Shown here: in pieces, positions 35,538 through 44,135 of the stretch
Layout: every line of letters begins with the position of its first letter
Position numbering within the stretch: position 1 is the first letter of the stretch
Assembly (NCBI GenBank): GCA_021443605.1
Contig: JABUTQ010000051.1
Span: forward strand, 1-56,086
DNA length: 56,086 bases
Direction: 5' to 3'
Source: Bacteroidales bacterium
GTDB lineage: Bacteria; Bacteroidota; Bacteroidia; Bacteroidales; UBA932
Position numbers and translations under genes: made by a program
Notes under the pieces: generated by a model
What the model saw: only the letters and a program-made list of their open reading frames with translations
Told to the model about the DNA's origin: nothing
Database searches by the model: none

Positions 35538-37643
35538 ATGAAAAAATATCTATACATTTTATCAGCCCTTGCCCTCATTACACTTTCAGGATGTAATCCC
35601 AATGAATTTCTTGACAGAAACTCGTTGACTGTAATGGACGACAGCAACTATTGGACATCAGAGGGAAATGTCCGTCTCTTCGTAAATGGTGCATACGGTT
35701 CATACCTCACAGGCTATTCAGACAACTGGGGGCAGGTATATGCTCCGGGAGTATATTCTTCAGGTGAATACAGTGATGACCACACTTCATCAGGCCAACA
35801 GAGAAGCATTCTGGTATCACGTCCGGCAGACAACTGGTATCGTGGTGAACTCGGATATCGCGGATATTGGCTCGCCCGCCGCGGTTCAGGGCCCTGGAAC
35901 TTTGCATATATCCGCAAATGGAACCTCCTTCTCGACAGGCTCAACACTATGAAAGAGAATAAAGTCCTTAACGATGAGCAGTACAAACATTGGTCAGGTG
36001 TTGCACGCTTCCTCCGTGGCTGGGAATATTCTCGTTTTGTAGAATCTTTCGGAGACGTTCCTTATTATGGTCATGTGGTTGCCACCAACAATATGGACGA
36101 TATGTACAGGGGCCGCGATCCTCGCACCGCTGTTATGGACTCTGTAAAGGCAGACTTTGACTATGCAATTGCAAACGTTCGCGTTGATGATGGTAAAGAC
36201 TATATCAACCAGGACGTTGTGGGAACAATCGCTTCTCGTCTTATGCTTTTCGAAGGCACTTGGTATATCTACCACGAGTCTGACGAAGCCATGAAGACCT
36301 GCACAGATGTGAAAGGACACGCCAAGACTTATCTCGAGGCCGCAGTCAAATATGCAGAAGTTGTCATCAACAAGGGTAAATATAAATTTGATACCGACTT
36401 CCGCACACTCTTCGGCAACCTGAGCGCAAGCAAAGGTGGAAAGACCACTCTTACAGGTGTTGCAGGTGAAGTGATTAACTATCGTGCATACGACAAAGAC
36501 CTCAACAGCAGCGCTCAACACTGCATCGCTTCATACGCCGGTGGAAACAATGCCCGTGAAGGCCAGACCTCAACAGGTAACCTTTCAACTCTCAAAGCTT
36601 GGATTTGCGTTGACGGAAAGCCATATTCAAGCACAACCGTAGAAGGTGCAGACAGTTGGAGACTCCAGGATATGGTAAAAACCCGTGACCCTCGCTTCGA
36701 GGCATCTTTCCTCGATGAACCACACAATAGCCAAACAGGCCTTTATTGCCAGAAATTCATTGACCGTCAGGGTGTTAAATATTACTACGAAGGAGGCACT
36801 TCTCCCGCATACTACAACTCTTGCACAAATGAAAACGGATTCCCTTGCGTACGTTATTCCGAGACTGTTCTCAATTGGCTTGAGGCAAAGGCAGAACTTG
36901 CAGACAAATTTGGTGGAGCCGCTGTCACTCAATCAGATGTAGACAAGTCTATCAATGCCATCCGCAACAGGCCACTCGACAATGAGGCTATTGCAAAGGG
37001 CGTTCAGAAGACTGCGCCTCTCTATATTGCAAATATTCCCAATGATCCCGAGCGTAATTCAAGTGTCATAAAGGGCACTCACGGTTACGCCGTTGCCGGG
37101 GAAATTTCTCCTCTAATCTGGGAAATCCGCCGCGAACGCCGTATGGAATTCTTTATGGAACAGTACAGAGTCCTTGATATCCGCCGCTGGGGACAGCTCG
37201 AACTTATGAACGGTGCAACTAACCCTGACATCCTCGCAGGAGCTTGGGTTGAGTTGGATTGCTCAGGAACAATCAACGACAAAGACGACTATCGTTACGG
37301 TCAGGTTACCAACCTCAAGAAATGCAAGACCGGAGGTTACAACATACTTACAAAGGCTAATGCCGGTACAGTTGCCGTTTATTATCCTGAATACAAAGCA
37401 GATGGCACATTCAATCTCAGTGATCCCGTCTTCTTTGAAGGAGTATTTACCGAATCTGGTTCAGCGATATCTTCAAATGCCGAGAAGATGAGAGGTTTCC
37501 TCCGTCCTGTAAACATTCGTCCTGCACAGGTTGAGAACTACGATGTAAGGAATTACCTCGAACCCATTTGCGGTGACGTTCTCACCCAGTACCGACAAAA
37601 AGGATACGAACTTGCTCAGAATCCGGGTTGGCCGGCTGAATAA
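35538..37643 (+). CDS. susD: SusD/RagB-family nutrient-binding lipoprotein
   Basis: Lipoprotein signal LITLSGCNPNEFLDRNS. 701 aa, 13 nt after susC. Confidence 0.9.
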   Translation: MKKYLYILSALALITLSGCNPNEFLDRNSLTVMDDSNYWTSEGNVRLFVNGAYGSYLTGYSDNWGQVYAPGVYSSGEYSDDHTSSGQQRSILVSRPADNWYRGELGYRGYWLARRGSGPWNFAYIRKWNLLLDRLNTMKENKVLNDEQYKHWSGVARFLRGWEYSRFVESFGDVPYYGHVVATNNMDDMYRGRDPRTAVMDSVKADFDYAIANVRVDDGKDYINQDVVGTIASRLMLFEGTWYIYHESDEAMKTCTDVKGHAKTYLEAAVKYAEVVINKGKYKFDTDFRTLFGNLSASKGGKTTLTGVAGEVINYRAYDKDLNSSAQHCIASYAGGNNAREGQTSTGNLSTLKAWICVDGKPYSSTTVEGADSWRLQDMVKTRDPRFEASFLDEPHNSQTGLYCQKFIDRQGVKYYYEGGTSPAYYNSCTNENGFPCVRYSETVLNWLEAKAELADKFGGAAVTQSDVDKSINAIRNRPLDNEAIAKGVQKTAPLYIANIPNDPERNSSVIKGTHGYAVAGEISPLIWEIRRERRMEFFMEQYRVLDIRRWGQLELMNGATNPDILAGAWVELDCSGTINDKDDYRYGQVTNLKKCKTGGYNILTKANAGTVAVYYPEYKADGTFNLSDPVFFEGVFTESGSAISSNAEKMRGFLRPVNIRPAQVENYDVRNYLEPICGDVLTQYRQKGYELAQNPGWPAE

Positions 37644-37667
37644 TACATCATCTCAATTTATTAAACG

Positions 37668-37693
37668 GGCAGTCTTCACGGCTGCCTTTTTTT
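37668..37693 (+). terminator. Intrinsic terminator after susD
   Basis: ggcagtc/ggctgcc stem (7 bp with one G-U pair), loop ttcac, followed by TTTTTTT. Confidence 0.7.
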
Positions 37694-37713
37694 GTTATTA
37701 CGGATAGTAGTGG

Positions 37714-37721
37714 TATCTTTG
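37714..37721 (+). promoter_or_regulatory. -7 box TATCTTTG only 7 nt before the GT2 start codon
   Basis: tggTATCTTTGtagaaatATG. The spacing implies a leaderless or near-leaderless mRNA. Confidence 0.4.
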
Positions 37722-37728
37722 TAGAAAT

Positions 37729-38736
37729 ATGGATATTGCTGTAGTACTTCTAAACTGGAACGGAAAGGGGATGCTGGAAAGGTATCTCCCGTCTGTTGTG
37801 ACGCATACCCCTGCCGAAAAGGCGTTCATTGTGATTGCAGACAACGGCTCGACGGATGGCTCAGTGCAGTGGATAGAGCAGCATTACCCTGATATTCAAG
37901 TAATTGAACTTGATAAGAATTACGGATTTACCGGTGGCTACAATCGTGCGCTTAAAGAGGTCGAGGCAGATTATTATATCCTCCTCAATACCGATGTGGA
38001 AGTGACCGAAGGATGGATAGACACCCTTGCGTCATTTATGGAGGAGCATCCAGAGGTGGGAATCTGCCAGCCGAAACTCCTCTCCGATGCCGACCGCACT
38101 TCGTTTGAATATGCCGGTGCCGCAGGAGGGTTCATCGACCATTACGGATACCCTTTCTGCCGCGGGCGGATCCTTGGAAACATCGAGAAGGATCTGGGGC
38201 AATACGATGAGCCTGAAGAGCTTTTCTGGGCATCCGGCGCAGCACTAATGATTCGCAGCTCGCTGTTCCACCATCTTGGTGGATTTGACGACCATTTCTT
38301 CGCCCATATGGAGGAGATTGACCTCTGCTGGAGGGCGAAACTGCTTGGATATCAGGTATGGGCGATTCCCTCTGCCGTGGTTTACCACCTTGGAGGGGGA
38401 ACACTGCCAAACAACTCACCCCGCAAACTCTACCTCAACTTCCGCAACAACCTGCTGATGCTTTACAAGAACCTCCCATCCAATCTCCGTTGGAAAATCA
38501 TCACTTACAGACAGATACTCGATGGTTTATCTGCCCTGGTATATCTTCTCACCGGCAAATGGAACTATTTCAAGGCTGTCTGGAGCGCCCACAAAGACTA
38601 CCGCAAGATTAAAAAAGAGATTGAGCCGTCTCCATTCAGCGAAGAGTGCAACGACATCGGCCATTATGAGGGAAGCATCCTTCTAAAGTACTATCTCTCC
38701 GGAGGAAAAACCACTTTTGACCAAATAAGATTCTAA
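37729..38736 (+). CDS. Family 2 glycosyltransferase
   Basis: AVVLLNWNG, ADNGSTDGS, LLNTDVE and a DxD-like EEID motif. Rhamnosyltransferase-like GT2 pattern. Confidence 0.85.
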   Translation: MDIAVVLLNWNGKGMLERYLPSVVTHTPAEKAFIVIADNGSTDGSVQWIEQHYPDIQVIELDKNYGFTGGYNRALKEVEADYYILLNTDVEVTEGWIDTLASFMEEHPEVGICQPKLLSDADRTSFEYAGAAGGFIDHYGYPFCRGRILGNIEKDLGQYDEPEELFWASGAALMIRSSLFHHLGGFDDHFFAHMEEIDLCWRAKLLGYQVWAIPSAVVYHLGGGTLPNNSPRKLYLNFRNNLLMLYKNLPSNLRWKIITYRQILDGLSALVYLLTGKWNYFKAVWSAHKDYRKIKKEIEPSPFSEECNDIGHYEGSILLKYYLSGGKTTFDQIRF

Positions 38737-38807
38737 ACCTTTTTTGGCAAGATATTTGATTTCTTCTTTTCAAGAAGTGATTTTTAAACAAAAAAGGAGA
38801 AAAAAAG

Positions 38808-40220
38808 ATGAAGAACGTTTCAAGATTGGCACTTGTCCTCAGCATCATCTTTATGATGTGTGTCAGCCAAGATCAGGTTTGGGGCCAGAACAGAGCTTCC
38901 AGCTCTCAGTCAACAAGATCAACCGGCAGCACTTCGCGTGCAAGCCGAAGCACTTCTTCATCTGACAAAAGCAGCGGAACAATTTCCCGCAGTGCAAACA
39001 GCTCCTCTTCTGTATCACGCAGTTCAAGCACTTCAAGCACCTCAAGAAGCAACTCTGTTTCACGCAGCAGCTCAAGCAGAAGCAGTTCTGTTTCCGGCAG
39101 CAGTTCTGTTTCTCGCAGCAGCTCTGTTTCTCGCAGCAGCTCAAATAGCAGTGCAAGAACCAACAGTTCAAATGTTCAGGACAGAAGGTCGATAAATACC
39201 ACCACCGGGACCGGTAGCTCTTCTGTCAACAGGATGAATGGCGACAAGGATGTGGTTGCAAGACCTTCCAACAAGAGCTCAAGTACAAGTTCAAGCGCAA
39301 GCAGAAGTTCGTCTTCTTCAAGCCGTAGCCAGGATGCATCAAGAAGCACCTCGTCAAGCCGCAGCCAAAGCGTTTCAAGGAGCACATCTTCCGAGAAGAG
39401 CACAACAGCCTCAAGCGGCAGAAGTTCAAGCTCAAACACCTCGCGCCGCGCTTCGGACATCTCACGCAGCAATAGCAGCTCAACAACAGGCAGCGTGACA
39501 AGCAGCACATCTGCCGGCAGAAGCAACAACAGGGTTTCATCAAGCTTGACAAACAGCTCCGACAGAAAGCCTGCAGCAGTGCAGTATCACAACAGCAGAC
39601 CTGAGTCACGCACAAGTTGGGAGCGCCCTTATGTGGAAGCAAACAGCAGAATATCACCGGCTTATAGTTATGGAGGTCACAGCTATGGATACAGAAGCCA
39701 CGTGCTTCCTTCACATACCACCGTGGTAAACGTTTATAACAACGTGAATTACTACTGCAATGACGGAATCTATTACAGGCCTTACTATGGCGGCGGATAT
39801 GTAGTCTGCAGACCTCCTTGCGGCACAAGATTCATCTCCACGCTGTTCAACACAGCCCTCACGGTAGCCTTGATCAGTGAGTTGCACGATGCTGTAAGAC
39901 GTTGCGAAAACGCAGCCCGCATATCAGCACAGTATGCATATATCAACTCATCATACGTGCCGAGGACTTACCAGGAGATTTCGATTCACATGCCGAAGAA
40001 GAATACCTCTTATTACTACCAGGACGGCGTATTCTATGTACTTGAGAACAACCACTATGTAGTGATTGAGCCCCCTATCGGAGCCCTTATCACCGAGCTC
40101 CCCGAAGATTACGAAGAGTTGATAATTGACGGAACCACCTACTACAGGGTTGAAGACACTCTTTACAAGGTGACTGTGATAGACGGAGCTCTCTACTTCG
40201 AAGTGATGTGCAATCTCTAA
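38808..40220 (+). CDS. Secreted or lipid-anchored protein. A ~210-aa Ser/Arg-rich low-complexity region precedes a Tyr/Gly-rich C-terminal domain with an internal duplication.
   Basis: Signal peptide MKNVSRLALVLSIIFMMCVSQ. Residues ~30-240 are almost entirely S, R, T and N. The C-terminus has two YYxxDGxxY...YVVxxPPxG modules. Confidence 0.7.
   Translation: MKNVSRLALVLSIIFMMCVSQDQVWGQNRASSSQSTRSTGSTSRASRSTSSSDKSSGTISRSANSSSSVSRSSSTSSTSRSNSVSRSSSSRSSSVSGSSSVSRSSSVSRSSSNSSARTNSSNVQDRRSINTTTGTGSSSVNRMNGDKDVVARPSNKSSSTSSSASRSSSSSSRSQDASRSTSSSRSQSVSRSTSSEKSTTASSGRSSSSNTSRRASDISRSNSSSTTGSVTSSTSAGRSNNRVSSSLTNSSDRKPAAVQYHNSRPESRTSWERPYVEANSRISPAYSYGGHSYGYRSHVLPSHTTVVNVYNNVNYYCNDGIYYRPYYGGGYVVCRPPCGTRFISTLFNTALTVALISELHDAVRRCENAARISAQYAYINSSYVPRTYQEISIHMPKKNTSYYYQDGVFYVLENNHYVVIEPPIGALITELPEDYEELIIDGTTYYRVEDTLYKVTVIDGALYFEVMCNL
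39081..39134 (+). repeat. Three in-frame 18-nt tandem repeats (AGCAGYTCTGTTTCYSGC, encoding SSSVS[GR])
   Basis: 39081-39098, 39099-39116 and 39117-39134 differ at 1-3 positions, and a fourth partial copy follows. Confidence 0.9.
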
Positions 40221-40234
40221 AATGAACCAATATC

Positions 40235-40263
40235 AAAAAAGGGGCAGCCAAGCCCCTTTTTTT
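40235..40263. terminator. Bidirectional intrinsic terminator between convergent genes
   Basis: aaaaaa-ggggc-agccaa-gcccc-ttttttt. An A-run and a T-run flank a GC stem. Confidence 0.75.
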
Positions 40264-40284
40264 AGTTTATATATCTGAATATCA

Positions 40285-41346
40285 CTATTTTTCACTCTGA
40301 GGAATATCAATAGTCTGGTAGCGTTTCTGACGACGGAGCCAGCGGTCACGGGCATATTGCTGCATATCGGTGTATTCATCCAGCTCGTCAATAATCTCAA
40401 GGCCGAAAATTGTTTCGATAATATCCTCAAGGGTAAGGATTCCCTGGAAACACCCGTATTCATCTATTATCAAACCTATCTGCTCCTTACGCTCAAGCAG
40501 TTGCTCCCAGATATCGCCGATAGACATCTCCTCGTTGAAGAAGTCAATCTTTCGCTTTATCTCCCCGAGCTTCACGTCAAACTTGTCGTCTGCCAGATAT
40601 TCAAGCACGGTGCTTCTGAGAACATATCCGGTGATGTATTCGGGAGTGTCGGCATAGACGGGGATGCGACTGTGGTGCATAAAGGTGTTGTCTGTGTAGA
40701 ACTGCTTGAGAGTCATACTCTCGGGGGCAATTTTGGCAACTACACGAGGCGTCATCACGTCAAATGCCTTCACGGTATCCAACTTGATGATATTCTGGAT
40801 AATCTTGTTTTCACCTTTGTCGATTTCTCCCTCCTCTTCGGCTGCATTTGCCATTGCAGAAACCTCTTCTCGGCTTACAATAACGTCGGGCTCATCCTTT
40901 TGGAATATGCTTGCAATCCAACCGGCTATGGTGACGAAAGGATAAAGGATGATTGTGAGAGATTGTATGGCGCCTCCGGCAAAACCGATCAACGACTTCC
41001 AGTAAGAGGCTCCTATTGTCTTTGGGATAATCTCCGAAAAGATGAGAATCGTGAGCGTCATCACTGCCGAAACTATTCCCACAGCGGCTGAATCCCACAC
41101 TTTAGAGGCCTGCGCTCCAACCAGAACGGCGCCTACAGTATTCGCTATTGTATTGAGTATCAGTATAGCAGATAACGGGCGGTCTATTTCAGTCTTCAGC
41201 TTTTTCAAACGGATTGCCCCCTTGTCACCCTCATCCTCCTTCATAGCAAGATACGTGAGGGGTGTAGTCATAAGGGTTGCCTCCAGCATTGAGCAGAGAA
41301 ACGAAACCGCTACGGTTACAGCTGCATAAATTATCAAAAGTGCCAT
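40285..41346 (-). CDS. CNNM/DUF21 plus CBS-pair membrane protein (hemolysin/CorC-family transporter)
   Basis: Four N-terminal TM helices (DUF21) are followed by a tandem CBS region (VMTPR...). 353 aa. Confidence 0.8.
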   Translation of the reverse strand: MALLIIYAAVTVAVSFLCSMLEATLMTTPLTYLAMKEDEGDKGAIRLKKLKTEIDRPLSAILILNTIANTVGAVLVGAQASKVWDSAAVGIVSAVMTLTILIFSEIIPKTIGASYWKSLIGFAGGAIQSLTIILYPFVTIAGWIASIFQKDEPDVIVSREEVSAMANAAEEEGEIDKGENKIIQNIIKLDTVKAFDVMTPRVVAKIAPESMTLKQFYTDNTFMHHSRIPVYADTPEYITGYVLRSTVLEYLADDKFDVKLGEIKRKIDFFNEEMSIGDIWEQLLERKEQIGLIIDEYGCFQGILTLEDIIETIFGLEIIDELDEYTDMQQYARDRWLRRQKRYQTIDIPQSEK

Positions 41347-41395
41347 ATCGGCGCAAATTTACCGCAAAAAAGAGAATCTGCAAAAAATGAATTTG

Positions 41396-42601
41396 TTACA
41401 TCTGCTGGTAATCTTTTGCAAGGCCTCCCTGGGCGGTTTCGCGGTAGAGGGACGGGATATCTTTTCCGGTCTGAATCATCACCTCGAGCACGTGGTCGTA
41501 TGAAACGCGGTGTCGTCCGTCTGAAAACGTCGAGAAGATATTGCAATCCATTGCGCGGGCTGCAGCTATGGCGTTCCTCTCGATGCACGGAATCTGTACC
41601 AATCCACAGACAGGATCGCAAGTCATACCCAAATGGTGCTCGAGGCCCATCTCGGCGGCATATTCTATCTGTGCGGGGCTCCCTCCGAAGAGCTGGTTTG
41701 CAGCCGCAGAGGCCATTGCGCACGCCACTCCCACCTCTGCCTGGCAACCTGCCTCAGCTCCCGATATTGAGGCGCTGTGTTTGGCGATATTTCCGAACAG
41801 ACCGGCTGTGGCAAGGGCCCGATGCATCCTCTTTTGTGGGAATTCGCGGCTGTGTGCAAGGTGGTACAAAACACCGGGGACTACGCCGCACGAGCCACAA
41901 GTGGGAGCCGTAACTATCTGACCACCTGAAGCATTCTCTTCTGCCACGGCAAGTGCATACGAAAAGACGAGCCCGCGGCTGTGGAGGGATCTGGTATAAC
42001 CTTCTGCCTTGATATAATATGTGGGAGCCTTTCGGGCAAGATGGAGCGGCCCAGGGAGCGCCCCTTCGGCTTCGAGCCCGCGTTCAACTGCAGCGCACAT
42101 AACATCCCAGACCTCCGCCAGATAATCCCAAATTTCCTTCCCTTCGCAAATCTCCACATACTCCCAATAACTGCGGCCGTTGATCTGACACCAATTGAGA
42201 ATATCTTCGATATGGCTCATATCATACACTTCGGGAGTATCGGGTGCATTCTCTCCTTCCGTCACTATCGCACCACCTCCCACACTATAGCAAGTCCATT
42301 CGTCCATTATATTCCCAGCATCATCCAATGCTTTGAACGTCATGCCATTAGGATGAAACTCAAGTACAGTCTCGGGCTTCCACACTATAGTCGTTGGAGC
42401 AACCTTCTGCAGCACATCAAGTATTGCCGCATCTGTCATGTGCCCTTTACCGGTTGCAGCGAGGCTGCCATAGAGAGTAACCTCAAAAGAAGATGCTCCA
42501 TTGTTTCTCAAACTGAATTTGGTGGCGGCATTGCGCGGCCCCATCGTGTGGCTGCTTGAAGGTCCCTGCCCTATCCTGTATAACTCTTTTAAAGATTTCA
42601 T
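41396..42601 (-). CDS. sdaA: L-serine ammonia-lyase, iron-sulfur dependent, single-chain form
   Basis: I re-anchored the start to the ATG at 42599-42601 (MKSLKELYRIGQGPSSSHTMGP). Fused beta and alpha domains. Confidence 0.9.
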   Translation of the reverse strand: MKSLKELYRIGQGPSSSHTMGPRNAATKFSLRNNGASSFEVTLYGSLAATGKGHMTDAAILDVLQKVAPTTIVWKPETVLEFHPNGMTFKALDDAGNIMDEWTCYSVGGGAIVTEGENAPDTPEVYDMSHIEDILNWCQINGRSYWEYVEICEGKEIWDYLAEVWDVMCAAVERGLEAEGALPGPLHLARKAPTYYIKAEGYTRSLHSRGLVFSYALAVAEENASGGQIVTAPTCGSCGVVPGVLYHLAHSREFPQKRMHRALATAGLFGNIAKHSASISGAEAGCQAEVGVACAMASAAANQLFGGSPAQIEYAAEMGLEHHLGMTCDPVCGLVQIPCIERNAIAAARAMDCNIFSTFSDGRHRVSYDHVLEVMIQTGKDIPSLYRETAQGGLAKDYQQM

Positions 42602-42653
42602 CTTGATATCATTTGTTGATGTAAATATATGATTTTTTATCGTAATTTCGCGA

Positions 42654-42905
42654 ATGACTATGACAGACAATCGGTTGAAAATATTCTGCACAACAGCGGA
42701 CAGGCTCAGTTTCAGTGCTGCGGCCAAAACTCTCGGCATCACACAACCAGCTGTGACAAAGCAGATTGCGAAATTGGAAGAGGAGCTCGGCTACGCCTTG
42801 TTTATCCGAATCAGCAAGAAGGTGATTCTGACTGAAAAGGGCTCCGAATTTCTGAAAATAGCACAGGAAATTCTCGAAAAATATCGTGAAATCGACAAAA
42901 TATAA
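42654..42905 (+). pseudogene. LysR-family regulator reduced to its 83-aa HTH domain (truncated gene or stand-alone HTH)
   Basis: LKIFCTTADRLSFSAAAKTLGITQPAVTKQIAKLEEELGYALFIR is a textbook LysR N-terminus. The ORF stops 9 nt before the pepT 3' end and has no effector-binding domain. Confidence 0.6.
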
Positions 42906-42914
42906 GACGATTTC

Positions 42915-44135
42915 TTATTCAGCGTAGAGGGAAATGATATTCAAGATGACCTTGAATGCCTTTTCCATGCTCCCCACAGGGACATATTCATATTTGCCGT
43001 GGAAATTGTGGCCGCCGGCGAAGATGTTGGGGCAAGGGAGGCCGCGGAACGAGAGCATCGCGCCATCCGTGCCACCGCGTATTGGCTGCACCTTGGGAGT
43101 GACACCTGCCATCTCGATGGCTTTCAATGCCTTCTCCACCACTTGGAAATGAGGCTCAACCTGCGAGCGCATATTGTAATACTGATCCTTGAGCTCCATA
43201 GTGGCAACATTCCCGAACTTCTTGTTGATATAGCCGACCGCTTCGGTCAAAAGATCCTTCTTAGCCTTAAACAATTCCATACTGTGATCACGGATAATAA
43301 TCTGTATGTCAGCCTCTTCCACAGTACCTGAGAAACTGGTCAGATGGAAGAATCCTTCGTAGTCGCAAGTGTATTCAGGACGCTGAAAAGCCGGAAGCAA
43401 GGATGCAAGTTCCATCCCTATCTGTGTGGCATTCAGCATCTTCCCTTTTGCATATCCAGGGTGGATATTGCGCCCCTGGATATGAATCTTTGCGGCTGCG
43501 GCATTGAAATTCTCATATTCAAGCTCGCCGACCATTCCTCCGTCCATAGTGTAGGCGAATTGGGCTCCGAACTTCTTTTCGTTGAAGGCATCCACGCCGC
43601 GCCCTATCTCCTCGTCAGGGGTGAAACCGATTTTGATGGTGCCGTGCTTGAATTCCGGATGCTGCATTATGTATTCAGCGGCGCACATAATCTCGGCGAC
43701 GCCTGCCTTATCATCAGCGCCCAAAAGGGTGGTTCCGTCTGTGGTAATAATTGTATCTCCTTTATATTGAGCCATTTCTGGAAACTCCGATACTCTAAGA
43801 TACATATTCTTTTCTTTATTGATACAAATATCGCCACCATCGTAATTCTCCACAAACTGCGGCTTGATGTCAGCTCCGGGGGCATCGGGAGCAGTATCGA
43901 CGTGGGCAATGAACCCGATGACAGGAACATCCTTGTCTGTGTTTGAAGGAATTGTAGCCATCACATAGCCGTCTTTGTCGAGCTCTGCATCGGCAATTCC
44001 CATAGATTTCAATTCATCGACGAGCATCTTTGAAAGGACGAGTTCCTTTTCGGAAGAGGGCTGCGAGTCGCAGTCGGGATTCGAAGTGGTCTCAACTGCA
44101 ACATATCTCAAGAATTTTTCAACTATCTTATTCAT
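42915..44135 (-). CDS. pepT: Peptidase T (tripeptide aminopeptidase)
   Basis: I re-anchored the start to the ATG at 44133-44135 (MNKIVEKFLRYV, compare E. coli MDKLLERFLNYV). M20 metal-binding motifs AHVDT and GADDKAG. Confidence 0.9.
   Translation of the reverse strand: MNKIVEKFLRYVAVETTSNPDCDSQPSSEKELVLSKMLVDELKSMGIADAELDKDGYVMATIPSNTDKDVPVIGFIAHVDTAPDAPGADIKPQFVENYDGGDICINKEKNMYLRVSEFPEMAQYKGDTIITTDGTTLLGADDKAGVAEIMCAAEYIMQHPEFKHGTIKIGFTPDEEIGRGVDAFNEKKFGAQFAYTMDGGMVGELEYENFNAAAAKIHIQGRNIHPGYAKGKMLNATQIGMELASLLPAFQRPEYTCDYEGFFHLTSFSGTVEEADIQIIIRDHSMELFKAKKDLLTEAVGYINKKFGNVATMELKDQYYNMRSQVEPHFQVVEKALKAIEMAGVTPKVQPIRGGTDGAMLSFRGLPCPNIFAGGHNFHGKYEYVPVGSMEKAFKVILNIISLYAE

Noticed and set aside
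38860-39828. Several long overlapping ORFs on both strands (38860-39195 +, 38863-39171 -, 39176-39529 -, 39226-39828 -, 39238-39498 +)
   Set aside because: They lie inside the AGC/TCN-rich low-complexity part of the Ser/Arg-rich gene. Codon-poor repetitive DNA leaves alternative frames open by chance. Only the 38808-40220 frame has a signal peptide and a structured C-terminus.
41334-42559. Multiple 80-190-aa ORFs on both strands within sdaA (for example 41416-41913 +, 41981-42559 +, 41334-41747 -)
   Set aside because: sdaA is unambiguous (GPSSSHTMGP and full-length co-linearity). The extra ORFs are Arg/Pro-rich artefacts of locally high GC.
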